Assembly: GCA_965262985.1 (NCBI GenBank)
Contig: OZ253576.1
Location: 2,057,213 to 2,121,212, forward strand
DNA: 64,000 nucleotides
From: Vicinamibacterales bacterium
GTDB lineage: Bacteria > Acidobacteriota > Vicinamibacteria > Vicinamibacterales > UBA8438
Direction of reading: 5' to 3'
Part shown: piece by piece, positions 48,345 to 57,326 of the stretch
Layout of the letters: the number at the start of each line of letters is the position of its first letter
How positions within the stretch are numbered: position 1 is the first letter of the stretch
Made by a program: the position numbers and the translations under genes
Notes under the pieces: model-generated
Databases searched by the model: none
What the model was told of the DNA's origin: nothing
Seen by the model: only the letters and a program-made list of their open reading frames with translations

Positions 48345-48411
48345 GCAGTCCGTGGCGCAGCCGCACGCAACACCGAGCGAATGGCGCGGGGCTGTCACCA
48401 CGAATCGTCAG
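48345..48411 (+). repeat. MITE-like element, copy E (internally deleted mini form, about 67 bp)
   Basis: GCAGTCCGTGGCGCAGCCGCACGCAACACCGAGCGAATGGCGCGGGGCTGTCACCACGAATCGTCAG matches the 5' arm plus the 3' arm of the full copies and lacks the central core. Confidence 0.7.
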
Positions 48412-50036
48412 CCCGTGATGCGGCGACCGCAGCCTCGAGCCATTGCCCAGCCGCCTCCCTCGCCCTCGCGCCAGTAGCGCAGTTGCGGGGGGCCTGGCCG
48501 GGCCGTGTACGCGTCGACCTCTACGAAGCTGTAGCAGGGCGGCAACTGCTCCGGCTGCAGCGCCTCAAGCAGTTCGATGTCAGACGATCCCCGGTCGTTC
48601 CTGAACCGGTCCAGCATCACCGGCGTGACGGTCCGCTGCCAAGCGCCGCCATTGATCACGATCGGGGCGACCGCATCACGTACCGGCGAAAATCCGTCCA
48701 CGACATACCTCCCCCCCGCTTCGACACGCGTGAAGTTGCTCTGCCGGAAGTCGGCGAGATGGGTATGTCCGTGGATGAACACCGCGATCGGCGCCCCGTC
48801 GCCCCGGCGACGCTCCAACTGGCGCTGGAACAACCGGTCGCGCGACTGCCAGAAGTACTCGAACCGCGGTCCGGTCGTCTCTACCGTGCGGGGACATTCC
48901 GCGACCGGCGGACCCAGCGGGTCGATCTGGGTGAGAATCCGCTCGAACCTGCGTCGCGCCCGGCGCACGGCGGCGCGCTGGTCGCAGAGCGCCCTCAACT
49001 CGTCGTCGCTCAGCGCGGTCATCAGCGCGTCGAGTTGGCCGGCGGCGAACGCCTGTGCCGCCAACGGCTGGAGGCGGTCGTCATCCGGCACCGACCCCAC
49101 CAGAAACGCCGCCCCTTCCGCGCGCACCTGGTCGATCCGCCACTCCGGCGGCTGGACGTCGCCACTATCGAGATCCATCCGGAACTGTTGCCACGAAAAC
49201 CGGAACAGCAACTCGCGCAGCAGCACCGGCGCGGCCGCGCCAACATCGTCCGCTCCGGTCGCCGCCAGCGCGAAGCGCAGTCCCGCCGTTTCGTCAGCGA
49301 GGTTGTCGACGACCGGAAACCGCGTCTCGTAGCGGTCGAAGAGCGTCAGGAGCATCTTCCGGTCCGCGGACTGCTCGACGTGCCGGCGACCGGCGTGTTC
49401 GACGAACGGCGCCGGCCACGCCTCGAACCGGTCGGCGCCGGTTCCGATCTGATGACCATGTTCCACGTGGACCAGACCGTCCACCGAGCGCCAGAATCCT
49501 TGCGCCGCAAGCGTGACCCGACCGGCGGCGGCCCCGAAGGCCGCGACCGCGCGGGTCCCCGCCTCTGGAAACAGCAGCGCCGCATCATGCTCACCGGGCA
49601 CCAGCACGACGCGGTTGTCACCGGCGCCCGCGAAGGCGCCGAGGGCGCGCAGCTCGCGCGCATGGGCGTCCAGCACGCGCTCGAGCCTGGCCAGTGCTTC
49701 TGTTTCGGTACACCCGAGGTCCGGTTCCTCATGCGCACAGGGCGTCACGGACATCTGCGCCAGATCAAAGGTGTCCCCGTTGAGAATCAGGTCCGTCGGC
49801 TCGTCCGTCTCGGACGCCAGCGCCTCGAGGAACAGGTCCAGGTCGTCGGCCCACCGGAAGTCTTCGTTGGGAAACCACTCCCCCGCGCTGTCCCGTCCCT
49901 CCCCCATGTGCAGGTCGGACAGCACCACGATGCGCCGGGGTCCTTCCGGGGCAGGCTGCGCACGCGCCGGCGGCGCCAGGCAGGCGCCGAGCATGCCGAC
50001 CAGTCCGAGTGACACGGCGACAGCCGGCGAAAGCAC
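48408..50036 (-). CDS. Metallophosphoesterase family protein (secreted)
   Basis: IVVLSDLHMGEG, NGDTFDL, PGEHD and HGHTH motifs. The GTG at 50036 abuts the upstream stop. An ATG at 50108 would add a twin-arginine-like N-terminus (WRRRRSVLS) but overlaps the upstream gene by 71 nt. Confidence 0.72.
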   Translation of the reverse strand: MLSPAVAVSLGLVGMLGACLAPPARAQPAPEGPRRIVVLSDLHMGEGRDSAGEWFPNEDFRWADDLDLFLEALASETDEPTDLILNGDTFDLAQMSVTPCAHEEPDLGCTETEALARLERVLDAHARELRALGAFAGAGDNRVVLVPGEHDAALLFPEAGTRAVAAFGAAAGRVTLAAQGFWRSVDGLVHVEHGHQIGTGADRFEAWPAPFVEHAGRRHVEQSADRKMLLTLFDRYETRFPVVDNLADETAGLRFALAATGADDVGAAAPVLLRELLFRFSWQQFRMDLDSGDVQPPEWRIDQVRAEGAAFLVGSVPDDDRLQPLAAQAFAAGQLDALMTALSDDELRALCDQRAAVRRARRRFERILTQIDPLGPPVAECPRTVETTGPRFEYFWQSRDRLFQRQLERRRGDGAPIAVFIHGHTHLADFRQSNFTRVEAGGRYVVDGFSPVRDAVAPIVINGGAWQRTVTPVMLDRFRNDRGSSDIELLEALQPEQLPPCYSFVEVDAYTARPGPPQLRYWREGEGGGWAMARGCGRRITG

Positions 50037-50037
50037 G

Positions 50038-51384
50038 CTACGGCGCCTTCGCCAACGAGCGCCGCACGATTTCCCGGTCGTTGCGGGCGACGATGTGGGT
50101 ATTCGCATAGGCGGGATGCGACCAGTTCACGACGTCGCCAGACCGGCGGCGACGCACGTACGGATGGGTCGGCTCGATCAGCCGGGTGCGACTGAGCTCC
50201 CGGTAACCGCCGGGCGACAGCTCGGCGATGACCAGGTCGCCGGTGTCCGTGTTGATGAAATAGCGGTCCTCGTGCCGCACGAAGAACGCGGTCGCCCAGT
50301 TGGTGCGCTCGCCGATCAGGGCGTCGGTCTCCCAGACACGACGCCCGGTCTCGAGTTCGAGGCACCGCAGCAGCCCGTGGCCATCGACGCCGTAGACGTA
50401 GTCACCGTCGATGACCGGCGTGCTGATGACCGAGTTCAGGGTGTTGAAATCGAACCCGTACTCCGGGTCGCTTTCGCCGACCCCTTCCCAGAGCACCCGC
50501 GCTCCGGGGACACGTTCGTCGAGCAACAGCATCCTGGCCCCGCCGTACTGCGACGTGAAAAACAGGTGCGGCCCGCTGCGTACGGCGGTCGCCGGGTTGA
50601 TCCCCATATCGACGATGTGCCGTACCTCCCAGTAGACCTCCCCCGTTTCAGGATTCAACGAGCTGATGTCGCGAGGATGCCAGGCGATGAGCTGCCGTGC
50701 GCCGCCGGCCTCGACGATGATCGGCTGGCTGTAGCCGGGCTCCCAGTCCGACGACAGGGCGCGCCAGATCTCCTCGCCGGTATGTTTGTCGAACGCCATC
50801 ATCTTGGCGTCAGGTTCGCCCCCCACGAGACAGATCAACCGCTCGCCGTCAACCAGCGGTGCGCCGGCCATTCCCCACGACGGGACCGCCGTATTGAAGT
50901 CCTCGGGAAAGTTCTTCTGCCACAGCACCTGTCCATTCTCGACGTGCAACGCCAGCAGATTCCCCATCGCGCCGAGCACGTACACGCGGTCGCCGTCGAC
51001 GGTCGGGGTAGCCCGGGGGCCGATGGCGTATACGAGCTGCAGGCCGGCATAGTCGGTCTCCCACTCCCGCGACCACAACACCTCACCGGTCTGCTCGTCG
51101 AGCGCTAGCGCACGTTCGACCACGGCCGTCGAGCGAGGGTCCGGCCTCCGTGCGTCGGTGATGAACACCCGGCCGCCAGCGACCGCCGGACCCGAATAGC
51201 CGCCATGTATCGGTGTGCGCCACACCACCGGGAGACCTCCGGCGGGGAACGTCTCGAGAAGTCCGGTCTCCGTCAGCACCCCGCGCCGGCCGGCGCCGCG
51301 CCACTCGGGCCAGTCGTTCGCCCGCACCGTCTGGACCAATCCGCACAGGCACAGTACGGCGACCCAACGTGCCATTCGTGTCAT
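50038..51384 (-). CDS. PQQ-like beta-propeller repeat protein (secreted), paralog of 45558..46892
   Basis: MTRMARWVAVLCLCGLVQTVRA signal peptide, NDWPEWRGAGRRGVL, and C-terminal NWSHPAYANTHIVARNDREI. Confidence 0.85.
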   Translation of the reverse strand: MTRMARWVAVLCLCGLVQTVRANDWPEWRGAGRRGVLTETGLLETFPAGGLPVVWRTPIHGGYSGPAVAGGRVFITDARRPDPRSTAVVERALALDEQTGEVLWSREWETDYAGLQLVYAIGPRATPTVDGDRVYVLGAMGNLLALHVENGQVLWQKNFPEDFNTAVPSWGMAGAPLVDGERLICLVGGEPDAKMMAFDKHTGEEIWRALSSDWEPGYSQPIIVEAGGARQLIAWHPRDISSLNPETGEVYWEVRHIVDMGINPATAVRSGPHLFFTSQYGGARMLLLDERVPGARVLWEGVGESDPEYGFDFNTLNSVISTPVIDGDYVYGVDGHGLLRCLELETGRRVWETDALIGERTNWATAFFVRHEDRYFINTDTGDLVIAELSPGGYRELSRTRLIEPTHPYVRRRRSGDVVNWSHPAYANTHIVARNDREIVRRSLAKAP

Positions 51385-51501
51385 CACAGGCGACAGGCCA
51401 TCCGACGGCCGGGGTTCACTCGCCTCAGGCTTCAACTGACGCTTCACGCCTCACGCGGGGCGGAACCGGCACCCGGGGCCATGCGTCCAATCGGGTAGAA
51501 C

Positions 51502-51702
51502 ATGGTCAAATTCCTGCTCTGGTGCGTGCTGTTCGTGCTGTGCTGGCCGATCGCGCTGCTGGCGCTGTTGCTCTACCCCCTGGTCTGGGTATTGCTTCTC
51601 CCCTTCCGTCTGGCCGGAATCGCCGTCGGTGGCGTATTCGCTCTCATCAGGGCGATCATCATGTTGCCGGCCAGGGTGCTCGGCGGCCCGCGCGCGATCT
51701 GA
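51502..51702 (+). CDS. Small hydrophobic membrane protein
   Basis: 66 aa, very high GC3, two predicted TM helices (FLLWCVLFVLCWPIALLALLLYPLVWVLLL, IAVGGVFALIRAIIML). Confidence 0.55.
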   Translation: MVKFLLWCVLFVLCWPIALLALLLYPLVWVLLLPFRLAGIAVGGVFALIRAIIMLPARVLGGPRAI

Positions 51703-51708
51703 CGTTCA

Positions 51709-51832
51709 GGACCGGGCAACCACAAGGGTTGCCCCTACGGAGACGAGACCGGGCAACCACAAGGGTTGCCCCTACGGGGACGGGGTCGCGCAACCACAAG
51801 GGTTGCCCCTACGGGGACGGGGTCGCGCAACC
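51709..51832. repeat. Tandem array (about 3.3 units, 37-bp period) of a double-hairpin repeat
   Basis: GCAAC recurs at 51716, 51753, 51790 and 51827. Unit: GGGCAACCACAAGGGTTGCCCCTACGGGGACGGGGTCGC, with stems GGCAACC/GGTTGCC and CCCC/GGGG. It lies between convergent genes. Confidence 0.92.
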
Positions 51833-51860
51833 CGACCGCATCAAACCAGCCGTCCGGGGC

Positions 51861-54023
51861 CTACTTCGCCAGCGGGTCCGGGCGCAATTGGAACCGGACC
51901 ACCTTGCTGGGCGTCCCCTTGCCGGTTTCGGCGTGGAACGGGGCGCGGGTGCTCCAGGTGGCGAACAACCCTTTGCCCTTCCAACCGGCGTTCGGATCGT
52001 CGATGCGGCCATCCAACCATTTGGTGTAGAACCCCAGCGGATACGGCACCCGCATCACGACCCATTCGCCGTCCTTGAGCGCGAGCAACGCTTCCGACGC
52101 GTTCCCCGTGCTGATCGGCACGTCGCGGCCGAGCCCGAAGGTGTCGAACTGGTCGACCCACGCGTAGTAGCTCCCCTCCGAGCTGCCCGACTCGGTGATG
52201 CCCTTCATCTTCGGCAGCGGCTCTTCGAAGAACGTCCAGCCTTCCGGACAATGCTGTCCCGTGGCCTGCGGGCCGTTGAGCGGTCCGGTACATCTGCTCC
52301 GGTCGAAGCTGGCAAGATGACCGCTGGACAGTGGGGTCCAGACCACTCCGTTCCGGTCGATGTCCATGCCCCGCGGCGAGTACCCCTGCACGGCGGCGCG
52401 CGGGTTGTCCCAGGGCAATTCGAATATCTCCGTAAGACCTGTCTCCGAGGGGTTGCCGCCGGGAACGAACCGCAGGATTGCACCCGGAAACCCGAGAGAG
52501 GAGCCCCACACGGACCCGTCGTTCGGATCGACCGAGACCCCGTAGAAACCGGACCGGATCCGGGTATCCCGTGCCGGGTCGATCGACTCGCCGGGCTCGA
52601 CCCATTCGTCGCGCCGGCCGTTGCCGTTGGTGTCGAGCACCAGCGGACTCCAGCCCTGCGCCAGTTCCTCGTCCCCGGTCTCCAGAAACAGGTTTGTGTT
52701 CAACCAGCCGATCACCTGTCCTCCGCCGCTCGTCCAGAGCGTGTTGTCTTCGTCTTCGGCGAAGATCAAGTGGTGCGTACTGAAACAGGTACCGATAAGG
52801 GTCATCTCCTCGGTCGACGGGTCGTAGACCGCCAGGTGCCGCCCGGCTCTTTCGTTCGGAAACACCCGCGCCGACGGATGATCCGATCCTTCGAGACACA
52901 CCGGCGGGTTGTTTGGCCCGCGTACTCGTGACGTCAACCAGACCCGGGCATCCTGATCCAGCATCGGGTTGTGCACGTTCGCCTGGCTCTCCCAGATGGC
53001 CTCGTCTCCCCAATACGGCGACGGCGCCACGGGCGGACCGGCTGCCAGCGGCGTATCCGGATCACGCACCGGCACCGGAATTTGACGAATGGCGTTCGCG
53101 ACCGGGTCGAGCACCGGCACGTAGTCGGCGCTCGCCTCGAGCGCGCCATAAATCGGACCGTTCGCGTTCACGGTCGGGTTCCGTTTGTCGGTCGACACTT
53201 CGTCATGGAGATACGCCTTCGGATCGGCCCAATCCCACTGTGTGATCACGATGTTGCGCTCGATCCCCCGGGGCCGCGGCGGCGACGGCGGCACCTCGCC
53301 CGCCATGATCCGGCCGGTCCAGTCCGCGTACATCTCGAGCGCGCGCCGGCGTCCCATCCGGTCGAGCGCGCCGCTCATGCTGCCACCGGCCTGACCTGAC
53401 CGGATGCGGCGGTCCCAGGCCTCCACGAGCGAGTCGAACTCGCCCAACTGGGGCGGAATCTCGCGTGTCGCCTTGTTGCCCAGCGCGTGGCAGGCGGTAC
53501 AGCCGCCCGACTTCAGCCCTCGCAGCCATGCCGCCTGACTCGGCACATTCGGCGAGATCCCGTTCCCTTCCGGTCCGGTGCCCGGGAATTCCTCTGGTCC
53601 CGGCACCTCCAGCAGCGAGTACCAGTATCCGGCCGGGTAGTACTGGGCGGCAGTGCGCGCGTCGAGGGCCGGGACGGCGGTCAAGTCGAGTCTGGCGCCG
53701 GGCGACACCCGCTGTCTGGATGAATCGATCAACCCGTAGCCGCGCACCCACACGTCGTAGGTGGCATCCGGCAGGTCAGGCACGAGGTATCGCCCCTGAT
53801 CGTCGGTGACGACCGTGCGGTTGAACCGCGTCTGCAGATCGGTCGTCTCGGCGATGACCCATACCCCCGCCTCCGGACCATTCGGCCCGCTCACGACGCC
53901 ACCGATGTCGTCGCCGTCGATCGCCACTGCCGGCTGCCTGGCCCCGAGACTTGGCGCCAGCAGCGCACAGACGAGCACCCCAATCCCGGCAACGCCGCTC
54001 AACGCCGTGCTGTATCTCGCCAT
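51861..54023 (-). CDS. Large secreted protein with an N-terminal carboxypeptidase-regulatory-like domain and one CxxCH heme c motif
   Basis: Signal peptide, VSGPNGPEAGVWVIAETTDL...DDQGRYLVPDLPDATYDVWVRGYG (CarboxypepD_reg-like), GGCTACHALGNK. 720 aa. Confidence 0.8.
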   Translation of the reverse strand: MARYSTALSGVAGIGVLVCALLAPSLGARQPAVAIDGDDIGGVVSGPNGPEAGVWVIAETTDLQTRFNRTVVTDDQGRYLVPDLPDATYDVWVRGYGLIDSSRQRVSPGARLDLTAVPALDARTAAQYYPAGYWYSLLEVPGPEEFPGTGPEGNGISPNVPSQAAWLRGLKSGGCTACHALGNKATREIPPQLGEFDSLVEAWDRRIRSGQAGGSMSGALDRMGRRRALEMYADWTGRIMAGEVPPSPPRPRGIERNIVITQWDWADPKAYLHDEVSTDKRNPTVNANGPIYGALEASADYVPVLDPVANAIRQIPVPVRDPDTPLAAGPPVAPSPYWGDEAIWESQANVHNPMLDQDARVWLTSRVRGPNNPPVCLEGSDHPSARVFPNERAGRHLAVYDPSTEEMTLIGTCFSTHHLIFAEDEDNTLWTSGGGQVIGWLNTNLFLETGDEELAQGWSPLVLDTNGNGRRDEWVEPGESIDPARDTRIRSGFYGVSVDPNDGSVWGSSLGFPGAILRFVPGGNPSETGLTEIFELPWDNPRAAVQGYSPRGMDIDRNGVVWTPLSSGHLASFDRSRCTGPLNGPQATGQHCPEGWTFFEEPLPKMKGITESGSSEGSYYAWVDQFDTFGLGRDVPISTGNASEALLALKDGEWVVMRVPYPLGFYTKWLDGRIDDPNAGWKGKGLFATWSTRAPFHAETGKGTPSKVVRFQLRPDPLAK

Positions 54024-54163
54024 CGTTCTTCTCCTGGCCGCACATGGCCGGCCTGCGCGATAGGCACGGACGCTTCCGTGCTCCCCTGCGTGATGGTACC
54101 TGCGTGCAGTCTATACGTGCGCAACCGACGGCGCCACCAGCACACCGCATTCCGCCGGCGCGC

Positions 54164-54169
54164 TATAAT
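54164..54169 (+). promoter_or_regulatory. Candidate -10 box (TATAAT)
   Basis: A perfect TATAAT in a high-GC spacer, 65 nt upstream of the TPR gene start. The -35 element is poor. Confidence 0.25.
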
Positions 54170-54233
54170 CGGTCGCCTGTGGAGACCTCGGTCACCGCCC
54201 ACCAGTTCCCAGTCTCACTCCGGAGTGCAACTC

Positions 54234-54941
54234 GTGCCCGCTCGCGATAATGGTCGACGATTCGCCGGCGGGATCCTGCAACGCGCCTTGCCGGCGGCCC
54301 TGTTGGCAGCGTCGCTGGCCTGTCAGAACCAGAGCTGGGAACAGTATATGAATGCAGGCGCCTTTGCCTACCAGGACGAGAACTACGAGGAAGCCGAACA
54401 GTGGTTTCTGTCCGCCGAACAGGCGGCGCTCAGGTTCGACCCTTCGGACCCGCGGCTCGCGGTCACCCTGGGCAATCTGGCCGACCTGTATCACGCCCAG
54501 GCTCGCGACGCCGAAGCGGAATCGTTGTATCACGAGGTGTTGTCTCGCCTCGAACGAATCGACGGCCCCGACTCGCCGCGGGTCGCCCGTTTCGTCGCCG
54601 ACCTGGCAGGATTCTATGCCGTGCTCGACCGGCCTGAAGAGGCGGAACCCCTCTTTCTCCGCGCCCTCGCCACGCTTGACTGGGAGCTCGGACCCGAACA
54701 CCATGACGTTCTCGTCGTTCGCACCCGCCTGGCGGGGATGTATCTCGAATCTGCGCGATATGACGCCGCCGATCCCCTGTATCGCGAGGTGCTCGCGATC
54801 ATGCTGGCGACGACCGGTTCAGACCAGGACCTGCTCTTGACCGTGTTGAGAGAGTACGCACGCCTGCTGCGATCGACAGGACGGGACGAGGAGGCGGCGG
54901 AGATCGAGGCGCGCGCCAGGGAGATTGTCGACGCACTGTGA
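54234..54941 (+). CDS. Tetratricopeptide repeat protein (TPR_12/kinesin-light-chain-like), probable lipoprotein
   Basis: Repeated A-x-x-LY-x-x-L motifs (AESLYHEVLSRLE, AEPLFLRALATLD, ADPLYREVLAIM). The GTG at 54234 is preceded by GGAG. LAASLAC is lipobox-like. Confidence 0.78.
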   Translation: MPARDNGRRFAGGILQRALPAALLAASLACQNQSWEQYMNAGAFAYQDENYEEAEQWFLSAEQAALRFDPSDPRLAVTLGNLADLYHAQARDAEAESLYHEVLSRLERIDGPDSPRVARFVADLAGFYAVLDRPEEAEPLFLRALATLDWELGPEHHDVLVVRTRLAGMYLESARYDAADPLYREVLAIMLATTGSDQDLLLTVLREYARLLRSTGRDEEAAEIEARAREIVDAL

Positions 54942-54953
54942 AGGAGACCCGAG

Positions 54954-56003
54954 ATGAGACGTTGGATCACGCTGCCGGCCGGTCTGCTCCTGCTGGCATC
55001 CCCACTGCAGGCCGCCACGGTCACGACGATCATCGGCACCGGCGCCGCGGGCCTCTCCGATACCCAGGTCGCCAATCCGTACGGCGTGGTCGTCGGTCCT
55101 GACGGCGCCCTCTATTTCTGCGACCTGGACAATCAGCGTATTCGGAGGCTCGACCTGAGCACCGGACGTACCACCACGGTCGCCGGCAACGGCCAGCCGG
55201 GGTACGCCGGCGACGGCGGACCGGCCACGCAGGCCTCCCTGAACATGCCGCATGAGATTCAATTCGATCAGGACGGGCACCTGTTCATCGTCGAGCGCGA
55301 CAGTCACGTGGTGCGCCGCGTCGATGCGAACACCGGCATCATCTCGACCGTGGCGGGAACTGGCGAAGCCGGATTCTCCGGCGACGGGGGTCCCGCCAGC
55401 GCGGCGCAGCTCAGGCAGCCGCACAGCATCGCCTTCGATCCCCGCGGCCGCCTCTTGATCTGCGACATCGGCAACCACCGGATCCGACGTGTCGATCCCG
55501 CCACGGGCGTCATCGAGACCTGGGCAGGCAACGGTGAGCGACAACCGACCCCCGACGGCGCGCCGCTGGCCGGCACCCCGCTCAACGGCCCGCGGGCCAT
55601 GGCGCTCGACCCCGACGGCAGCCTGTATCTCGCGCTTCGCGAGGGTAACGCCATCTACCGTATCGATCTGGCCACCGAGACCCTGCATCACGTCGCGGGC
55701 ACCGGCGAGCGCGGCCACACGGGTGACGGAGGACCGGCCAGACTGGCGACTCTCGGCGGGCCCAAGGGGCTCGCCTACGACAACGGGCGGCTCTACGTCG
55801 CCGACACCGAGAATCACGTCATCCGGATGGTGGATATCGGCACCGGCGTCGTGTCGACCGTGCTGGGCGACGGGGAACGTGGGGACGGGCCGGAGACCGA
55901 TCCGCTCCGGTGCCGGCTCGCACGGCCCCACGGCGTGTTCGTGAACGACACCGGGCTCTACGTGGGCGACAGCGAGGCGCACCGCATCCGACTGCTCAGG
56001 TGA
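54954..56003 (+). CDS. NHL repeat-containing beta-propeller protein (secreted)
   Basis: AAGGAG SD and a signal peptide, followed by six repeats of the type GDGGPA..A.L..P.G.A.D..G.LY.AD..NH.IR. Confidence 0.88.
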   Translation: MRRWITLPAGLLLLASPLQAATVTTIIGTGAAGLSDTQVANPYGVVVGPDGALYFCDLDNQRIRRLDLSTGRTTTVAGNGQPGYAGDGGPATQASLNMPHEIQFDQDGHLFIVERDSHVVRRVDANTGIISTVAGTGEAGFSGDGGPASAAQLRQPHSIAFDPRGRLLICDIGNHRIRRVDPATGVIETWAGNGERQPTPDGAPLAGTPLNGPRAMALDPDGSLYLALREGNAIYRIDLATETLHHVAGTGERGHTGDGGPARLATLGGPKGLAYDNGRLYVADTENHVIRMVDIGTGVVSTVLGDGERGDGPETDPLRCRLARPHGVFVNDTGLYVGDSEAHRIRLLR

Positions 56004-56040
56004 TTGCGGGCAGGCGGGGTACCCTGGGCGACCGAACGTC

Positions 56041-56673
56041 TCAGGGTTGTCGCAGCAGGCGATCCCGGTGAACCACAGCGACTCCGTGCATGTACCCGCC
56101 GACCGCGGCGAAACGATCGGCCGCGGCGAGGAAAATCTGTTCGCGCGCCTGCTCGTGCCGGCCCAGCGCCTCGTGATACAGCCCGAGATACAGGTGGGCA
56201 TAGAAGCGGGCGCGCGGCTCGCCACCGGCGGCCGACAGCAGATCCTGCGGGCGCATCCGACCGGCGAAAACGTCGTAGATCTCACGCATCGGCGCACGTG
56301 GGTCCGGACCGACCGGCAACAGCGCGGCCACCGCGGCGTCTGCCCCGTCGGCGCTGGCGACACACAGAAAATGCCACGCGGCATTCTCCACATCATCGGG
56401 ATTGACCGTGCGGTGCGACTCGAACTGCCGCCGGCAGTCGTCGAACCGGCCGACGTAGTACAACGCGATGCCCCGTTGCCAGAACCCCGGCGCCGCATCC
56501 GGCCGGGCCTGCGCCACCCGATCGAACCCCGTCACCGAGGCCTCCACACGACCCGCCAGGAAATCGGATTCCGCCTGCCGCAAGATCTGCCCTGCCGTCT
56601 GACCGGCCGCCGCACCACACGCTGCCCCAATCAGCACGACCAGCAATGACACGAGCGCCCTCGTCGCAGTCAT
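56041..56673 (-). CDS. Hypothetical secreted/lipoprotein, helical repeat-like
   Basis: ATG at 56673. Signal peptide MTATRALVSLLVVLIGAACG (lipobox-like), then a helical TPR-like sequence. Confidence 0.6.
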   Translation of the reverse strand: MTATRALVSLLVVLIGAACGAAAGQTAGQILRQAESDFLAGRVEASVTGFDRVAQARPDAAPGFWQRGIALYYVGRFDDCRRQFESHRTVNPDDVENAAWHFLCVASADGADAAVAALLPVGPDPRAPMREIYDVFAGRMRPQDLLSAAGGEPRARFYAHLYLGLYHEALGRHEQAREQIFLAAADRFAAVGGYMHGVAVVHRDRLLRQP

Positions 56674-56720
56674 GCATCTCTCCCGCGGACACGTATCGAG
56701 CGCCGCAGTCCGTATCCTCG

Positions 56721-57152
56721 TCACTGCACGTCCACAAGCACGATGTCGAACATCAGGGTGGCGAATGGCGGAATGGTACCCCCTGACCGTTCACCGTACG
56801 CGAGGTTGTGCGGAATCACCAGTCGTCGCGCGCCGCCGACCCGCATCCCGACCACACCGTAATCCCACCCGGCGATCACCTGACCAGCGCCCAGGCGGAA
56901 ACTGACACCGTCCGCTCGTTCGAACTCGACTCCCTTGCCGTCTTCCGCCTGATCGTCATACAGCCATCCAACATAGTCGATCGTCACGAAACTGCCGTTG
57001 ATCGCTTCGGTTCCTGTCCCGATCCTGAGATCGCGGATCGTCAAGGGCGGCACCTGGCTTGGCGCGGTCGGACTGTCCGAGCACCCGCACGTCCCGACCG
57101 TGATCAGCAGCAGCACCACGGCCGTCCCGACACGTTCGCTGCACCACCTCAT
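56721..57152 (-). CDS. FKBP-type peptidyl-prolyl cis-trans isomerase (lipoprotein)
   Basis: Only the C-terminal 143 codons of track ORF 56721..58076 look real: signal VLLLITVGTCGC, then VTIDYVGWL, FRLGAGQVIAGWDYGVVGMRVGGARRLVIPHNLAYG, LMFDIVLVDV. Confidence 0.92.
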   Translation of the reverse strand: MRWCSERVGTAVVLLLITVGTCGCSDSPTAPSQVPPLTIRDLRIGTGTEAINGSFVTIDYVGWLYDDQAEDGKGVEFERADGVSFRLGAGQVIAGWDYGVVGMRVGGARRLVIPHNLAYGERSGGTIPPFATLMFDIVLVDVQ

Positions 57153-57250
57153 GCCACTCTCCATCCCCTTCGCGACCCGGATGTCCACGGTGTCAACAGC
57201 AGAGTATATGAAAATGACGATCGTGCCTGCGCCGTCCACGCACCAGGGGC

Positions 57251-57256
57251 TATAAT
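57251..57256 (+). promoter_or_regulatory. Candidate -10 box (TATAAT)
   Basis: A perfect TATAAT, 71 nt upstream of the ATG at 57327, in the divergent spacer. Confidence 0.25.
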
Positions 57257-57326
57257 TGCCACCGATACACGTGTTCGTTCCCGGCGGGGCCATGCCCCGG
57301 GGGAGCATCATCAAGGAGATACGACG

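Noticed and set aside
51709-51832. Possible CRISPR array
   Set aside because: The repeats are directly adjacent (37-bp period) with no unique spacers, and there are no cas genes nearby. This is a tandem repeat, not a CRISPR array.
48099-52931. Plus-strand ORFs 48099..50012, 49513..51108 and 51213..52931
   Set aside because: They are antisense to the metallophosphoesterase, PQQ-propeller and 720-aa genes. The last one reads through the 37-bp tandem repeat. None shows a family signature.
54819-56498. 559-aa minus-strand ORF opposite the NHL-repeat gene; likewise 59951..60889 (-), 60736..61806 (+) and 41716..43464 (+)
   Set aside because: These are shadow ORFs. Several begin or end inside the MITE-like repeats, which explains their shared pseudo-peptides.
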